Translations under genes and position numbers: made by a program
Shown here: one piece after another, positions 41,661 to 54,556 of the stretch
Position numbering within the stretch: the first letter of the stretch is position 1
Layout: the number at the start of each line of letters is the position of its first letter
Notes under the pieces: generated by a model
Told to the model about the DNA's origin: nothing
The model's input: the letters and a program-made list of their open reading frames with translations, nothing else
Database searches by the model: none
From: Octopus vulgaris
Lineage: Eukaryota
Direction of reading: 5' to 3'
Length of the DNA: 64,000 bases
NCBI GenBank assembly: GCA_951406725.2
Contig: OX597825.1
Location: 76,694,001 to 76,758,000, forward strand

Positions 41661-42266
41661 ATGTGCTTGTAAGCGTGTTTATGTGTACATGGCTTGTGAG
41701 TGAATGTGTGCATTTAAAAACACTGAAGAAAAAATTCTTCGATGCAGTCGCAATAATTGAAGATATTTTAAAAATCAAAATCATTAATTATATCAAAAAG
41801 ACTTTATTTTAAAAATGCAGTTTAGCATATACCTGATAGAAGAAAATGTTTGTTTTAGCACTTCCATTGTTTTCTTTAAGAGGTAATCTATAAATTCCTT
41901 CGTTTATAAAAATTGTTTTAATGTAATCAACAACTTTTAATTTAAGAATTTAATTTAAGAATAATGGTTGTCTAAGGATGTTGAACGAAACACTCATGTT
42001 TCCAAAGGTGAATTATCCAAATCCCAAATAATTCCTTTGAACACATGGCTATGATGCTCCCCACTACTTCTGCTTGTGATCAGAGATGCACATATCATCA
42101 GCCACTAAGGGACATGCTCAACTGGTTAAGCAAATCTGTGGTATTGAGCAGAATATTTAGGGTAGCCCATCTTTTATACCAAGACAAAACAATATACATG
42201 ATAACACTTCCAATCTGTTGAGATCAGAAGCCATGAGAGCCACTGCCTGGTACTGCATCAGAGCAT

Positions 42267-42343
<77 letters not shown>

Positions 42344-42344
42344 T

Positions 42345-43492
42345 TAGTTTTTATTTTTATAGCGTGCTTTCACTTCACTACCGAGCACAGCTCTGTGTGC
42401 CTTGGGTATGTGCTGTGATTTGTTGTGATGCTCTGATGGTTATTGTATGGAAAATGTTCTGCGTAGGATGTGTGCAGTGCCTAGTAGTGCAATTTTCTGT
42501 ATGTTATATGTGTTTGTAAGTCCTGGTGTTTTTGTTATGTATTTGTCTGAATATTTTTTTATCATGCCTAATGCACCTACTATGATAGGAATTGTTTCTG
42601 TTTTCAGGTTCCACATTCTAGTTACCTCTATTTCCAGGTCTTTGTATTTTGAGAGTTTCTCCATTTCTTTTAGAGACACGTTGTCATCTGCCGGTATTGA
42701 TACATCAATTAGAAAGCATTTTTTTCTTCATGATCTCTGACAACTATATCTGGTCTGTTGGCTTTAATTTCTCTATCTGTGTGTATCGGCATATCTCAGA
42801 GTATGGTTGCTTTCTCGTTTTCTGTGACCTTTTCTGGTGTGTGCCTATACCATCTTTTTTCTGTTGTTATTCCATAATGTTGGCATAGCTTCCAATGTAT
42901 GTAGGTTCCAACTCTGTCATGTCTGTGAATATATTCCTTCTTAGCCAGGACTGGGCAGCTAGAGATAATATGATTTATTGTTTCTTGTCCATCTCCACAT
43001 ATTCTGCAGTTACTTGTAATATTTCTTTTCATTACATGTTTTTGGTAATTTCTGGTGGGGAGGCTTTGGTCTTGTGCTGCAATTAAAAATCCCTCTGTTT
43101 CTGCTTTGAGTCCTGAGCTTCTCAACCATTGCTGGGATTTTTCTTTGTCTATTTCTTTTGCGTTTAGTTTAGTCCAGTATTTACCATGAAGGGGCTTTTC
43201 TTGCCATCGTTTTATCATGGCTCGTTACTGTTCTATTTTTAGTTTGGATTTCATTTGTTTTATAGCTTTTGTTGTTTCTTCATCATCTTCTTCTTCTTCT
43301 TTGTGTTTATTAGGTGGTATGATTTCTTGTTTGTATTTGTCAGCTTCCTTAAATACTGAGAACAGTTTTTTGTTTTGCTCGTGTTTTGCTGCTATCTGGA
43401 TCAGTTTTCCTTCCTTCTGAAGTAGGTATTTTTGCAGTCCTATGGTGGTTATTTTATAGTAGTTTTCCAGCTGTATAAGGCCTCTACCACCT
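42345..43492 (-). pseudogene. R4/Dong-type LINE, 5'-truncated, inserted in (TAA)n
   Basis: GGRGL, LHGKYW, AAQDQ, CRIC..ETINHIISSC (CCHC), RHD, RPDIV..LIDV (RLE nuclease), IPIIVGALG; one stop and one frameshift; TAA repeats on both sides. Confidence 0.92.
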
Positions 43493-43501
43493 TATTATTA
43501 T

Positions 43502-43533
<32 letters not shown>

Positions 43534-43907
43534 CCATCTTTTAATCCTGTTTCCATTTCCTACCAAGTGTCTTTCTGATACCTAGGGCAGAGAAACTTAC
43601 TGTATACATTGCTAGGCCATCAAAATTAACACACCAGATTGTTCATTTACAAAAGCATGTCATAGAGAAAAAGGGAAGAAAGACAGAGAGAAAGGGATTA
43701 AATAAAAACTAAAAAAGTAAACAAAAAATATACGGGAAAAACGGAAAGAAAATTCACAGCGATAATGCTCTTCTCAGTGCGTGTGACGCACGAGTTAAGA
43801 CAATCTTTTGCACTTGCTGTATGGATGGTGAACCAGGGGACAATTCATAAATAATTTTCTATTATTATTATTTTTATTATTACTATCATCATCATTATTA
43901 TTATTAA

Positions 43908-44222
43908 GGCGGCGTTGAGTTGGTAGAGTCGTGAGCACGTCCGACAAAATGTTCAAAGTGCATTTGTTTCGTGTCTACGTTTTGGTTTTAAATTCCACCG
44001 AGGTCCACTTTATGTTTCATCCTATTTTTACGGCGGTGGGCTAGCAGAATCTTTAGCAAGCCGGAGAAAATGCTTAGCGGCATTTCGTCCGTCTTTACAT
44101 TCTGAGTTAAAATGCTGCCGAGGTCGACTCTGCCTTTCATCCTTCGGGATCGATAAAATAACTACCGGTTGAGTACTGGGCTCGATGAAATCAACTTACT
44201 CCCTCCCCGGAAATTGCTCGCC
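43908..44222 (+). mobile_element. Two SINE family 1 copies in tandem, diverged
   Basis: Heads at ~43908 and ~44032, each followed by a CCGAGGTC core. Confidence 0.75.
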
Positions 44223-44238
44223 AAAATTATTATTGTTG

Positions 44239-44299
<61 letters not shown>

Positions 44300-44710
44300 A
44301 ATCATCGTCTGAAACTTGATTCGTTTTCTCTAATCAACTCAAATCTGAGATTAGATTTGCTATATAACCATATCAAAGGAAGACAACTTTTGAACCGTGT
44401 CATATGTATGAGCGTATGTATGTATGTATGTATGTATGTATGTATGTATGTATGTATGTATGTATGTATGTATGTATGTATGTATGTATGCATGCATGAG
44501 TGTGTGTGTTTTTGTGTGTGTGTGTGTATGTGTGTATATATATCTGTTTATACGGTCATTCATGTATACACGGTGTAGATATTAATACTATATGGACATT
44601 TTCATTACTTTCGCCATCATGAATATATTACTGCAGTTTCAACGATCATAGAACTCGTGTATGTATATATATATATATATAAATTACATACATATATACA
44701 CACATATATA

Positions 44711-44765
<55 letters not shown>

Positions 44766-44789
44766 ATAAATATGTGCGTGTGTGCGTGC

Positions 44790-45095
44790 GTGTTGGAAAC
44801 TAGGTCAACGAACGCCTCTCATCACGAACAAATCGGTGGTTACGAACAATTTCTCGATCATTAACGTCGGTGGTAGCGAACAGTGTCCTGAGTAACGAAC
44901 AGTACTTCGGGTAACGAACACGCAAGGCGGTAATAACGATTGGCATCAAGCTGAGAGTATTAGTTGAGAGAGCGTCAATTGCTGTCTAGTACTTGTTTAG
45001 TGCACATCTCTGCTCGAATTTACCGTGCTTCTTCTTGAATTTCTTATGGGGAAATATACTTTCGGTCTGCGAACATTTCGGACGACGAAATTCGT
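44790..45095. mobile_element. Tigger/pogo-like terminal fragment
   Basis: GGAAACTAGGTCAACGAAC start and reiterated (TA)ACGAAC subterminal motifs; no second TIR seen. Confidence 0.45.
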
Positions 45096-45173
45096 AAAAA
45101 GTAGGCTTTCCTATCCGTATGGGACAAAGGGATGTGGGATTGAGTCCCACGCGGATAGAAAAGCCTACTTTTT
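45096..45173. repeat. 30 bp-arm hairpin
   Basis: AAAAAGTAGGCTTTCCTATCCGTATGGGAC / GTCCCACGCGGATAGAAAAGCCTACTTTTT, 18 nt loop. Confidence 0.85.
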
Positions 45174-45474
45174 TTCTATTGAGGGCTTATGTGCCCCATA
45201 TTTAGATTATTTTTCTTAGTCATTGCACGGTGATCGCTATAAGCTTTATACTTATATAAAAACCATTATATATATATATGTGTGTGTGTATAAGTATTTA
45301 TATAGTGTAATACTCTATATATTTGTATCGAATACAATAAATCTGAATATTTCTTGTTTTACGTGCGCGCGCGCATATACACACATACTCATGTAAATAC
45401 AAACACGCAAATACGCATGCCCACACATGCACACGCAGCTGAAGTTAAGCCATCGTGGTATTTTCATGATGGAA

Positions 45475-45705
45475 GGCGGCGAGCTGGCAGAAGCGTTAGT
45501 ACGCCGGGCGAAATGCTTTGCGGTATTTCGTCTGCCGTTACGTTGTGAGTTCAAATTCCGCCGAGGTCGACTTTGCCTTTCATCCTTTCGGGGTCGATAA
45601 ATTAAGCACCAGTTACGCACTGGGGTCGATGTAATCGACTTAATACCTATGTCTGTCCTTGTTTGTCCCCTCTATGTTTAGCCCCTTGTGGGTAATAAAG
45701 AAATA
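45475..45705 (+). mobile_element. SINE family 1, full length, young
   Basis: Near-consensus; GGTATTTTCAT at 45457 and 45706. Confidence 0.9.
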
Positions 45706-45912
45706 GGTATTTTCATTACGGTGGAAGTAATGAAAATAGCGATGTCATTACGATATTAGCCAGGAAGCAGCAATCATATATGTGTATGTGTATATACGTA
45801 TATACGTATGTATGCTCACACGCGCACACATGACATGGTTCAAAGGTTGTGCTTCGTTGATATGGTTATATGGCAACTTTGATGTAAGATTCGAACTGAT
45901 TAGCGATAGTAT

Positions 45913-45956
<44 letters not shown>

Positions 45957-46000
45957 ACTACTACTACTAATAATAATAATAACAATAATAATAACAACAG

Positions 46001-46083
<83 letters not shown>

Positions 46084-46084
46084 G

Positions 46085-46480
46085 TTTCAAATAATGGCAC
46101 AATGCCAGCAAATTTTGGTAGACGTGTAAATCGATTACATCGATCTCAGTGCTCAACTTGATACTTTATTTTATCGCCCCTCGAAAGGATGAAAGGCAAA
46201 GCCAACAGCGGCGGGATTTGAACTCAGAACGTAAAGACGGTCGAAATGCTGCAAGGCAGTTTTTAATTCTTTATAGCGACAGGCATAAGGTCTGAAAATT
46301 TGGGTGAGGGGTTTAGACGATTACCTTAACCCCCGTCTTTAAAGTACATATTTTATCGACTTCCTGAGGATTGTAGACAAAGTCGACCTCGGCGAAATTT
46401 TGAAACTGGAATAGATAAAGTATCGGAAGATATTCCATGAAGCATTTTGGTCAGTGTGCTAAGGATTCTACGGGTTTGTC
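46085..46480 (-). mobile_element. Two diverged SINE family 1 copies
   Basis: Two GATTAC..GA / AAAG(T)C..C.(C)GGCG..ATTT modules. Confidence 0.65.
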
Positions 46481-46764
46481 TCCTGACTCCAGCGGAACTA
46501 TGAGAATGCTGTTTGTTTCAGAAGCCGTCATATACACAAGTGCAGCAACGCTCCGCTATACATAGTCGAAGATATCAACTCGCTCAGACTTGATTTCGAG
46601 CGAATTTCCGTCGCAATTATTGCAACATTTATTTCATATAGTCATGTCACAGAAATATGAAAGCTTAGTGAAAGCCATCTGCTTATTATAACACATGTAT
46701 TTAATGCCGATATTTCCTTACATTTTTTTTTATATAAATCAATAGTAGTAACATATTGTAACAC

Positions 46765-47391
46765 GCGGTGGCGAGCTGGCAGAAACGCGCCCGGCGTGCT
46801 ACTGTTTCTTATTTCTTTATTGCCTACAAGAGGCTAAACATAGAGGGGACAAACAAGGACAGACAAGGGGATTAAGTCAATTACATCGACCTCAGTGCGT
46901 AACTGGTACTTAATTTATTCATCCTTTCGGGGTCGATATATTAAGTACCAGTTACGCATTGGGGTCAATGTAATTGACTTAATCCGTTTGTCTGTCCTTG
47001 TTTGTCCCCTCTATGTTTAGCCCCTTGTGGGCAATAAAGAAATAAGAAACGTTAGCACGTGGGGCGAAATTCCTAGCGGTATTTCGTCTGTCTTTACGTT
47101 AGGAGTTCAAATTCCGCCGAGGTCGACTTTGCCTTTCGGGTTCGATAAATTAAGTACTAGATACGTACTGGGGTCGATGTAATTCATTGGCCCCTAACCC
47201 AAACTTTCGGGCCTTGTGCCTAGAGAAGAAATGAATATTTATTCACTTTTTACGTTTTGAGTTCAAATTCCGCCGAGGTCGACTTTGTCTTTCGGGATCA
47301 ATAAATTAAGTACCAGTTACGTACTGGTATCGATCTAAAACTGGCCCCCGCCCCCAAAATTTCGGGCCTTGTGCCTAGAGTAGAAAAGAAT
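46765..47391 (+). mobile_element. Rearranged SINE family 1 cluster with internal fold-back
   Basis: Head at 46765, inverted tail 46788-46918, direct tail to 47045, two further units; ATATTGTAAC on both flanks. Confidence 0.85.
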
Positions 47392-48164
47392 ATATTGTAA
47401 CTCGCTACAGGACGATTCGGACTTTAGAATAAATCTTCAAAGGAAGAAACGAGTGTTTTGGCCCATTGGTTCCGGACCCAACTAGGTCATGACTTCTAGA
47501 TGTGCTCAGACTGTCTTCGAAATGCTGCTTCTAGTGGAGATTGAGCCCGGAACCTTCAGATGATCTTATTTCCCTGACGTGTGGTGTATATCGCTCAGCT
47601 ACAAAGATCACTAAAAGAACTTGCACCGTGGATCTATTTCAATCTGGGTTTCTCTTCTACTATTCTTTGCAACATTCCTTTTCAGTTCCAGCTTATTGTT
47701 TCTCTTTGCCCATAGCTACTTTGAACTCCTGTCGGCTGTTTCTGATATGCGTTTCATCGTCACCGTCCTTTTGCGACATCTGATTCCGATCTGACATTAT
47801 ACTAGTTGGGACATGTGTATTAGTGAGTTATGGTACTATAAATACTAGCAATTTCCAAATTATTTCCAATGTTTACATAAACTAAACGTCTTTGTGGTAT
47901 TTATTAAAAGTCGAAGAACGTAGTATGTTGAGAATTATTTTGATGCAGTTTTTTCTGCGCCCTTTGACAAGGGTTTTAATGGTTGCAGAAAGTAATTTCA
48001 AATGTAATGGTAAGGAATAAATCTAACAGTTTCTGTTAATGAAAGGTTGAAAGTAAATGTCGTAATACTTAAAAGTAAACGCAACGATTTGGAAAAATAA
48101 TATTAGGTAAATTTTCCGGAAAATATTGCATTATGAAAGTATGGAGGCAAGTTAAGGCCTATTA

Positions 48165-48199
<35 letters not shown>

Positions 48200-48300
48200 C
48201 CGTCTGTCTGTCTGTCCATCCATCCATCCATCCATCCATCCATCCATCCATCCATCCATCCATCCATCCATCCATCCATCCATCTATCCATCCATCCGTC
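48165..48300. repeat. (CCAT)n microsatellite
   Basis: Directly visible. Confidence 0.95.
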
Positions 48301-48714
48301 ATATATACAGACACTATTCCCCAAAAGTTATATTTCAGGTTGTCTGGAAGTTTCTAAGTTTTTAAATTGCCAACACCAAAGGATTCTCGTTGGTAAGAAT
48401 AAACATTCTAAAATGGCCAGCGAAATTCGAGAGAGAGTTTGGTCCAGTAATAGAATGTACCTGTCATGTTTACAGGTTAGATAGGTTCGAATCCCACAGA
48501 CAGCCTGTGAATGTTTCTATTCTAAGGGATTTTTACCCAATATGTTCACATTCGAGATCCAGTATTCCCGAAAAGAATTATACATATAAATACACATATA
48601 GATATGTGTATATATCTACGTCAAAGTGTTAATTAGTACTAATTTGGTAGTATAAACTGATGCACTCACAAGATAAGCAATTGGCAAGCAAGACATGAAG
48701 GGTTCGCACACATA

Positions 48715-48900
48715 TGGTGAGAATTTACAAAACAAAAAACAAAAGACGAAGACGGGTGGTGTAAACAACAAACATGTATTAGTTTAATGCTCGGAGTGGA
48801 AGAAAGTCTTTTACGTTTCGAGCCTACGTTCTTTGACAGAAAGGAATACAGAAATAAACAGGGAGAGAAAATAGAAAAGGTTTGGTGTCTAGCGATCTAC
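48715..48900 (-). mobile_element. Short element with minimal hammerhead-like motif
   Basis: Minus strand CTTT-CTGTCAA-A-GAAC-GTAG-GCTC-GAAA-CGTA-AAAG; homologous to 25845-26010. Confidence 0.55.
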
Positions 48901-49226
48901 ACACGTATCAAAACGAAGCGTAAGCTCATGTTACTGGTAATGTTAAAATAGCACAATACCGCTCAAGTCGGGTGAGATCATTTTCAGCGAATTTAACTTA
49001 TTAATTTTCCTAGATCACCCAGTTGGCGAACAACTCACAAGTTAAGTGTTCGTAGTGCAAAGGTGTTGCCAAGAATCAAGAAGGCATGTAAGAGGGGACT
49101 TTAGGTTATTTTAGAATTGCAAATAATATGAGATGCTTCTATATTTAGAAAATGATATAAGCCTTCTCTCAAAAATTTACATCGCATACACTTGTCTTTC
49201 CCTGTATCATGTTATATTTGTTTGAT

Positions 49227-49289
<63 letters not shown>

Positions 49290-50119
49290 CATACATATGT
49301 ATATATATTTAAATATATGAGAAAGATTGAGTTCAATTACAACAATTTTACTTTGTTCTAATTGAACTCAACCTTTCGTTCGACTAGAGGCGGAGCTCCG
49401 GCATGGCCGCAGTCAAATGACTGAACCATGTAAGAGAATAAAAGAATACAGAAATACGTTATTGGGTCACGAATGGCGTCATCGTATCGTAGGACGTCAT
49501 TTGTATCTGCGTCGTTACGTCTTCTAGGAATACCGAATCAGTTTTTGACAGCCATCCACAAACGGACATTCAATTCTTTGACCAGAGGGAGAGCGTTATG
49601 ACCTTGAGCAAGGCACTTCATTTCCACGTTGTTATAATCTACTCAGCTAAACGAATGTTTGATAGCCTCATCCATACGCATCATCTGCTTTGTGTCCAGG
49701 AAAAAAAAAACACGTGACAAGCAAATATACACTTTGCACCAACAAGCTAGAAATGGAACAATAAAAATATACAACACTTCTCTAAAATCAGCATGTGTAG
49801 CTTCGCCATTGTTATCTAAATTTCAGCAATGCAATTCTTGGTTAGGAAGCGGTCCTTCTTTCCGTGAAGAATTCAAATAACTGCAAAAAAAAAAGCTCAA
49901 AAAGAAAAAAGAAAAAAAAGAGAGAAGATACATACGTGCATAGTTTTCTTCTTACCTTAAACTTTGATTAATGTATTTTTAACATAGAAAAATATACCAC
50001 ACACATACAGACGCACGCAAACATACACGCACACTCACATACATTCACACACACACACATACACATATATATACACACAAATTTCAGCTATACATATACA
50101 TATATGCATAAACAAATAC

Positions 50120-50170
<51 letters not shown>

Positions 50171-50260
50171 CTAAATTATGTGTGCTTGTGTATGTGCTCG
50201 TATGTATGTGTGTGTGTGTATATATATATATCTATCTCTCTGTCTATATATATGTATATA

Positions 50261-50316
<56 letters not shown>

Positions 50317-51036
50317 CATACATAAATACACACATACACACATATAGATATAGGGCGTCTGTATCTGTGTCTGAGTTTACATACACACACATACATATCT
50401 ATATATATATATATATATAGATGTAAGCTACGTGTAATTATCCTAGGAAATAGACTCTAGTAATGTTTACATACGATATGTAAAAAACAGCTGATATATG
50501 GACATTGGAGAAGAAATCTGTCGGTTGTACTCACTTATGTCTTACATAAGTGTTGGTGGTTTTTTAAGTAGGTTTCCTACGTGTTTTTTTATTACCTTCT
50601 TGAAATTCTTCCTCACTAGGATATATATTATATGTGTGGTATAGATGTGTAGCGTGCACGTATGCATTACGTATACTTATGTATGTACGTGTATGTGAGT
50701 GCATGTGTGTATGTGTGTGTGTGTGTGAATGTGTGTATGAGGATACGTAAATGTATATGTAGAACAAGCATCTTTTCAAACTTGTTAGTCGGGTGGTCCT
50801 TGTGTTTATTACATAAATGAAGGTACAGACAAAATAAGTAATTTATAAATATGTGTGTGTATGCATATATATATATATATATATACATGCATATATATAT
50901 ATATATATATATATAAATGAAGGTACAGACAAAATAAGTAATTTATAAATATATGTGTGTATGTATGTATGTATATATATATATGTATATATATATACAT
51001 ACACACACACACATATATATACATATATGTATACAT

Positions 51037-51067
<31 letters not shown>

Positions 51068-51768
51068 CACAAATGCACTACCACAAATACATGCATACAT
51101 AAATGCATTCACACACATATATGTACATACACACATACCTACCTACATAAATACATAGCTACAGACACACACATATATACACACATATGTACACATATAT
51201 TTACACACACACACGCGCGCGCACGCGCAGTTCATTTCTAAAACACAACATGATGTTGCTGCCAAATTCTCTTTCAAAAACCGACATGGGTTTTATATTG
51301 TTGATAGCTGCTTTTTTTTCTGGTTGTTGTTTATAAACGCTGTTGTTGTTGTTGCCTTGTTCATCTCGTTGTTGTTATTGTCGTCGTTGTTGTATTTTTA
51401 TTCTCATCATCTTCGTTGTTGTTATTGTTGTTGCCTAGACATCAGACATCTTGCATCTCCACGAACCGACTCAAGAATATTTCCTTTAAGACTATTTCAC
51501 CTGTAGGCGCAGGCGTAGTTGTGTAGTAAGATGCTTGCTTCCCAACCATATGGTTCCGAGTTCAGTCCCACCGAGCGGCACATTGGGCAATCCGCGAAGT
51601 AGGAACAGTACTGTACTGTATATAATAATTTTTTTTTTTATAATTTGTATATATTTATTTTATTATAAATGCAAAACAACACCACCGCCGAATCGATGTA
51701 AACTTAAATAATAAACCAAGACAGGTGAGCTGCGACATGGCGAGGGATTACTGTGTATATATATATAC

Positions 51769-51820
<52 letters not shown>

Positions 51821-51827
<7 letters not shown>

Positions 51828-51996
51828 GGCTGCAAAAACATCACAAAATATTAAAAAAAAAACAAAAAAAACTGCTACTTAGAGATTCACGTTCGTTGAA
51901 CAATTTTGATTGAGATTCTCAATCAAACTTGAACGTGAAACTCTGAATCGCAGTTTTTTGTGATATTTTTGTGATGTATTTGTAGCTTTAATAATA
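51821..51996. repeat. Near-spacerless palindrome within a (TTA)n tract
   Basis: Centre TTTGATTGAGA-T-TCTCAATCAAA; outer arms AGGCTGCAAAAACATCACAAAA / TTTTGTGATGTATTTGTAGCTT. Confidence 0.8.
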
Positions 51997-52067
51997 ACGC
52001 ATATTACTCTTCCTCCGGTATTCGAGTACTATTTTCCCGCCTTGTTTTACATTTATGTGCTCACTCT

Positions 52068-52127
<60 letters not shown>

Positions 52128-52256
52128 CATATGTATGTATGTATATATACATATGTATGTATGTATATATATGATTTAGTTGCAAGGATTCATTAGGATC
52201 TTGGTGCGTCAATGCTTAGGACGCCAGAAATTAATGGCTAGGTAGGATAGCATAGG

Positions 52257-52508
52257 TGGAGACGCGTGGCTTAGTGGTTAGGATGTTGGACTGATGATCA
52301 TAAGATTGTGCTTTCGATTTCTGGACTGGGTGACACTATGTGGTCTTGAGCAAGACACTTCATTTCACATTGCTCCAGTCCACTCCGCTGGCCAAAATGA
52401 ATGATCCTGCGACGGACTGGCGTCCCGTCCAGGTGGGAAATGTATATGCCATGAAACCGGGAGAACGGCTCTAATGAGTTGGTATGACTCGGGAAGGTAA
52501 CTTTACTA
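52257..52508 (+). mobile_element. SINE family 3 variant
   Basis: GGAGACGCGTGGCTTAGTGGTTAGG head; CTTGAGCAAGACACTTCATTTCAC; matches 40844-41080. Confidence 0.8.
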
Positions 52509-52647
52509 TAACATAGAGCTCGCAGTGAGATAAAAAACATAGATTGCATCAAGTGTTAGTAGGATGGTGTAAATATGCATGTATCAAATCCAATTTAAAC
52601 CGTATATCCGACTCTGGTGTCCGTTCTTGGTGAGGCGTAGGTGTAAA

Positions 52648-53012
52648 AAGTCAACACAAATGGCGTTTAAAATCTACATTTGTTTCGACGGGATTTTATT
52701 AATGTATTTATAATTGATATAACATATAATCTACTATCATCAGGTGAAATTTTAAACAAGTCTCATTTTAAACAATTGATGCTTCTTACAACAACCTTGA
52801 CAGATCCAATATCAGCTGGATTACCTGTTTCAAGATGTGTTATGATATCAAGCAATCGAGATGATTGATTATTTAAAAACGGACATGTTTTAACGCGACC
52901 TGTTTAGAATTATCTGATGATGGTGGATCATAAGTTATGATCTAATCTTCAATGAATGCATTAATAAAATGCTACTGAAACAGCTGTGGTAAACGCCATT
53001 TGTGTTTACTTA
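52648..53012. repeat. Diverged long inverted repeat (~125 bp arms)
   Basis: AACACAAATGGCGTTTA..TTTTATTAATG..ATCATCAG versus CTGATGAT..CATTAATAAAA..TAAACGCCATTTGTGTT. Confidence 0.75.
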
Positions 53013-53132
53013 TATATTTAGTTTTATAGTCAAATAAATGTCCAGGGAACTGATTTTTCATTTGATAATAACCTAATTTCATAACTCAATCGTTGATCAT
53101 CATATATACCATGTATTGCTTTCTATGATATA

Positions 53133-53331
53133 CACAAGGCCTGAAATTTTAAGTTTAGGAGTAGGTCAATTACATCGATCCCGGTGCGAGATCGGTGCTT
53201 ATTTCATCGACACCGAAAGTCTGAGAGACAAAGTCGACCTCAGTGGAATTGGAACTTAGAACGTAAAGACGGACGAAAAGCCGCTAAGCATTTTGTCCGG
53301 CGTGCTAACGATTCTGCTAGCTCACCGCCTT
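53133..53331 (-). mobile_element. SINE family 1, older tail variant
   Basis: CACAAGGCCTGAAATTT..AAAGTCGACCTC..GCTCACCGCC. Confidence 0.8.
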
Positions 53332-53967
53332 AAAATATAGCATATTTGTTCACGCCGTAGAGAATCGCATTTATTTTTTATAAAACTTTCCATTCTTTCG
53401 AAAATTTACAAAATCGTAATGATTGTTAGACATTTCAGAAATTATTGGAGTAAATGTTTCATTTCCCTATGTTTATATAACTACCGAATTCTCCAGTATT
53501 CTATGGAGCTTCGATCGATTAACCGTTTGCAGGACTATGGGTTAATCATGTAATTTATATTCTTGAACACACATCTAACTTACTAATTATACACAAATTA
53601 CTAAATACATCACATATGTTACGTACTGAAATTTCACGGTCCATTTTTTTCAACAGCTTCACTTTTATCTTGGATTGATATATATTGGAGTTTAGGTTTG
53701 GCGCTAACACTAACGCTCTCGTTTCTGTTACTTGTAGAAGTCATCAGACAATCTCCCAAAATGTCGGTATTGCTGCTAATAAACACAGCGTAAATAACGC
53801 ATGTAAACACACACAGTTCACACACCGCCACCTGTGGCCGCACTGAAAACTAGACTGGCGGTTACGATTATTTCAAATTATCCCCTTATAATTTATGCGA
53901 ATCAAAAGCGTTGCGGATCATCAGTTGCCGGAAAATCGGTGGTGTAGCAGCATTTGTATACTTATAC

Positions 53968-54080
53968 AGGTGTAGGTATTGTTGTGTCGTTAGAAGTTTC
54001 CTTTGAAACCACACGGTTTCGGGTTCAGTCCCACCACGTGGCACCTTGGGTGGCTGCCTTGCTATAGCCTCAGGCCGACA
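53968..54080 (+). mobile_element. SINE family 2, partial
   Basis: CGGGTTCAGTCCCACCACGTGGCACCTTGGG..CTATAGCCTCAGGCCGAC. Confidence 0.7.
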
Positions 54081-54081
54081 T

Positions 54082-54521
54082 TTCCAATTTTTTACAGGTG
54101 TCCAAAAACAGTTGTGCGAGATGTTTGAAGTTCTGATGAAAGTTTTCGAATCTTTGTTCTGGGATTTTGTTCAACCAAAGCATTCAATCCAGTATACCTA
54201 ATAACTGATTTTGGCCTACCCCTTGGTTTATTTTCAAGGCAATCATCTCCTGAACGTGAGCTGTACGGTTCTGATATCAACAAAACCATTACCAAAAGCT
54301 CGCTTGATATTCCGTAGAGTGTCTGCGGCAGAGTGACCCAGTTTGTACTCATACGAGAAAATCACTCAACTTAGTTTAGTTGTTATTATTTTCATAAGGT
54401 CTGTGGGTACGAATTTTGTATACCAATATTGTTGGGAAAGAAAGGTATACATAGTTGTGTTGAGTTTTTAAATGACTGAAATAACAAGTAATTAAAAATG
54501 CGACATTTCATGTGAAACAAC

Positions 54522-54527
<6 letters not shown>
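54082..54527 (-). mobile_element. mariner transposon 5' fragment (TIR plus degenerate HTH region)
   Basis: TA+TTAGGTTGTTTCACATGAAATGTCGC TIR (Hsmar1-like start); SGDDCLENKPRGRPKSVI..LNALVEQNPRTKIRKLSSELQTSRTTVFGHL. Confidence 0.8.
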
Positions 54528-54556
<29 letters not shown>

